Shown here in pieces: positions 62,437 through 64,000 of a DNA stretch of 64,000 bases (its first letter is position 1; every line of letters begins with the position of its first letter). This DNA comes from Candidatus Eiseniibacteriota bacterium. Lineage in GTDB: Bacteria > Eisenbacteria > RBG-16-71-46 > CAVPCR01 > CBDCWB01. Under the pieces are notes generated by a model. The model was given only the letters and a program-made list of their open reading frames with translations. It ran no database searches and had not been told where the DNA came from. The DNA is taken from assembly GCA_965223205.1 (NCBI GenBank), contig CBDCWB010000021.1:377-64376 (forward strand), read 5' to 3'. Made by a program: the position numbers and the translations under genes.

Positions 62437-64000
62437 CTACTCAAGGGGGTACTCTCGCTGCGGGAGTCCTCGTTGGCCGCGCGGCCTTTGCACGCCGACA
62501 TGGGGCGACTTCGGCGGCGGATGGTTCGCGTCGATGTGGAAGCTGCGTCCGGTCTTCGGATTGAGATATGTGCCTTTGCCGTTCAGCGGATCCGGCCCCT
62601 TCGGAACGTACCCCTTATCCCGCAACATCTTGTCGATCTGCGTAGGCGTCTTACCCTTGAATGGGTTCGCACCGAGCCCTCCCCCCTTAGCGGCATCAGC
62701 CCCTTTTCCAAAGAGCTTCGCCACAAACTTAGCACCACGCGGCGACGCAACGCCAGGTACCGCTGCTGCAACAACGTCACCTCCGAGTAACCCGGCGTTC
62801 TGGAGCGATGGTTCTTTGACAAGATCGTAGACGCCAACCGCGATGCCGATGACATCAAGGATGAGGTCAGGCGTCGGAAGGAGTCCCTCCGAATCGCTCC
62901 AATCCAGAGGATTGTTGCGCGCGTAAGCGTAAGGATGAAGCCGGAGCGGATCCGCAAGCAGTTTCTTCTCCGGCGCCTCCAGCAGGATCGGATCCAATGC
63001 TCCAAAGCGCCCGTACCTGGCCATGTTGAAACGAGCACCTTGGCGGGTGAAGCCACCAAGCTCCTGCTCGCCCTTATGGTGACGAAACGGTTGATCGTAA
63101 CGGTTGGACTCCAGTCGCCTAGGCTCACCAAACGGGAAGTAGTCAATCCGCTGCATCAGGCTGCCGTCTGCATCGGTTACCGCGCGGACGCTTCCCTCTC
63201 CATCGACGTGGCAGTGCTGGATCAAGCCCCCATCGTCAACCGTGCCGAACAACCGACCATCCGCGTACAGATACCGCTGCTTCTCAGTACCGTCGCCCTC
63301 GAAGAGACCGAGGAGCTTCCCGCCTCGGCGCAGCGCGATCGTTGCATCGACCACATCATCCACGGCGCTGTTCGTTCGCAGCTCCAAGCACGGCTCGCCC
63401 TCACCGTCCAGAAAGCTCTCTTTCGCAATCAAGTTGTCGCTCGTGGCCAGCGACTGACGCACCACGCGGTTGTCGTGCGAGTACCAGAAATAGTGCGACC
63501 GGATGCCACGCGACCCAACGTGCTCGTTGATCGCGATCACGTTGCCGTTGCCATCGTGAGCAAACTCGACCGAAGCCTCCGACGCCAAGTGATCCACCTT
63601 CGTCAACCGACTCGTCCCGGCCTCATGCAGGTAGCTGAAGTGATTCCCGTAGGGGCGCTCCACGCCGGTACGAGTTCCCGTGTCATCGTACTCGAACGCC
63701 ATGCTGGCGTCTGCATCGAACACCACGCTCTTCAGACGACCCAGTGCGTCCGGGAAATATGTGGTGGTGGCGAGGTTGTCGGTCGTCCGCTGGTGCATCG
63801 ACGCATTCGGATAGTAGGAGAAGCTCTCTGAGAATACCGCGGCGCCGTCGCTGTCAACCTGATGGGTCGCCACCCGACCCCGATCCGTATAGGTGAGCGT
63901 CGTTTGTGGATTGCCCAAGCCCCCTTGATCCGCGAAGAGGAGTTCTTTCAGGCGGTCATCATCGAAATAGTCAAGCTCGAGAATCTGGTCGAGGCCCAGC
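62437..64000 (-). CDS. Rhs core plus toxin (YLNPKTGRS / PHV type); open to the right edge
   Basis: Frame stays open to the window edge; NNPLDWSDSEG, GADAAKGG; may be the full-length head gene of the array. Confidence 0.88.
   Translation of the reverse strand, partial: LGLDQILELDYFDDDRLKELLFADQGGLGNPQTTLTYTDRGRVATHQVDSDGAAVFSESFSYYPNASMHQRTTDNLATTTYFPDALGRLKSVVFDADASMAFEYDDTGTRTGVERPYGNHFSYLHEAGTSRLTKVDHLASEASVEFAHDGNGNVIAINEHVGSRGIRSHYFWYSHDNRVVRQSLATSDNLIAKESFLDGEGEPCLELRTNSAVDDVVDATIALRRGGKLLGLFEGDGTEKQRYLYADGRLFGTVDDGGLIQHCHVDGEGSVRAVTDADGSLMQRIDYFPFGEPRRLESNRYDQPFRHHKGEQELGGFTRQGARFNMARYGRFGALDPILLEAPEKKLLADPLRLHPYAYARNNPLDWSDSEGLLPTPDLILDVIGIAVGVYDLVKEPSLQNAGLLGGDVVAAAVPGVASPRGAKFVAKLFGKGADAAKGGGLGANPFKGKTPTQIDKMLRDKGYVPKGPDPLNGKGTYLNPKTGRSFHIDANHPPPKSPHVGVQRPRGQRGLPQREYPLE

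Noticed and set aside
23622-64000. Integron or diversity-generating retroelement as the source of toxin diversity
   Set aside because: No tyrosine integrase, attC-like series or reverse transcriptase seen, and the tails are unrelated rather than adenine-mutated variants.

Overview
GC-rich bacterial window with three parts. (1) 1-12.9 kb: a minus-strand glycosylation/export cluster (GT2, three paralogous glycosyltransferase-like proteins, two ABC exporters with near-identical ATPase DNA, SGNH hydrolase, polysaccharide deacetylase), then a VanZ-like gene and an AAA-DUF4143 ATPase. (2) 13-23.6 kb: a mobile/defence patch with toxin-antitoxin genes, a DarTG system and IS21, IS1380 and IS3 pieces. 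(3) 23.6-64 kb: a ~40 kb minus-strand polymorphic-toxin array with one long 5'-truncated Rhs gene, many orphan Rhs core/toxin/immunity modules and several IS or transposon insertions. The best candidate for an undescribed system is in the array: four copies of a very small non-Rhs carrier (predicted Sec signal peptide plus a ~50 aa conserved segment), each fused to a different toxin and followed by its own immunity gene. These carriers switch to the toxin at the same AAKGG junction as the Rhs genes, with identical 15-16 bp DNA in two carrier/Rhs pairs, and in the carriers the junction is palindromic. Also notable: a single CTTAG target expanded into micro-arrays around tandem ISNCY-like elements, and an IS21 variant carrying a Cys-rich ORF and a conserved hairpin. 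Family names come from motif recognition, not database searches. Some frameshifts could be assembly errors.
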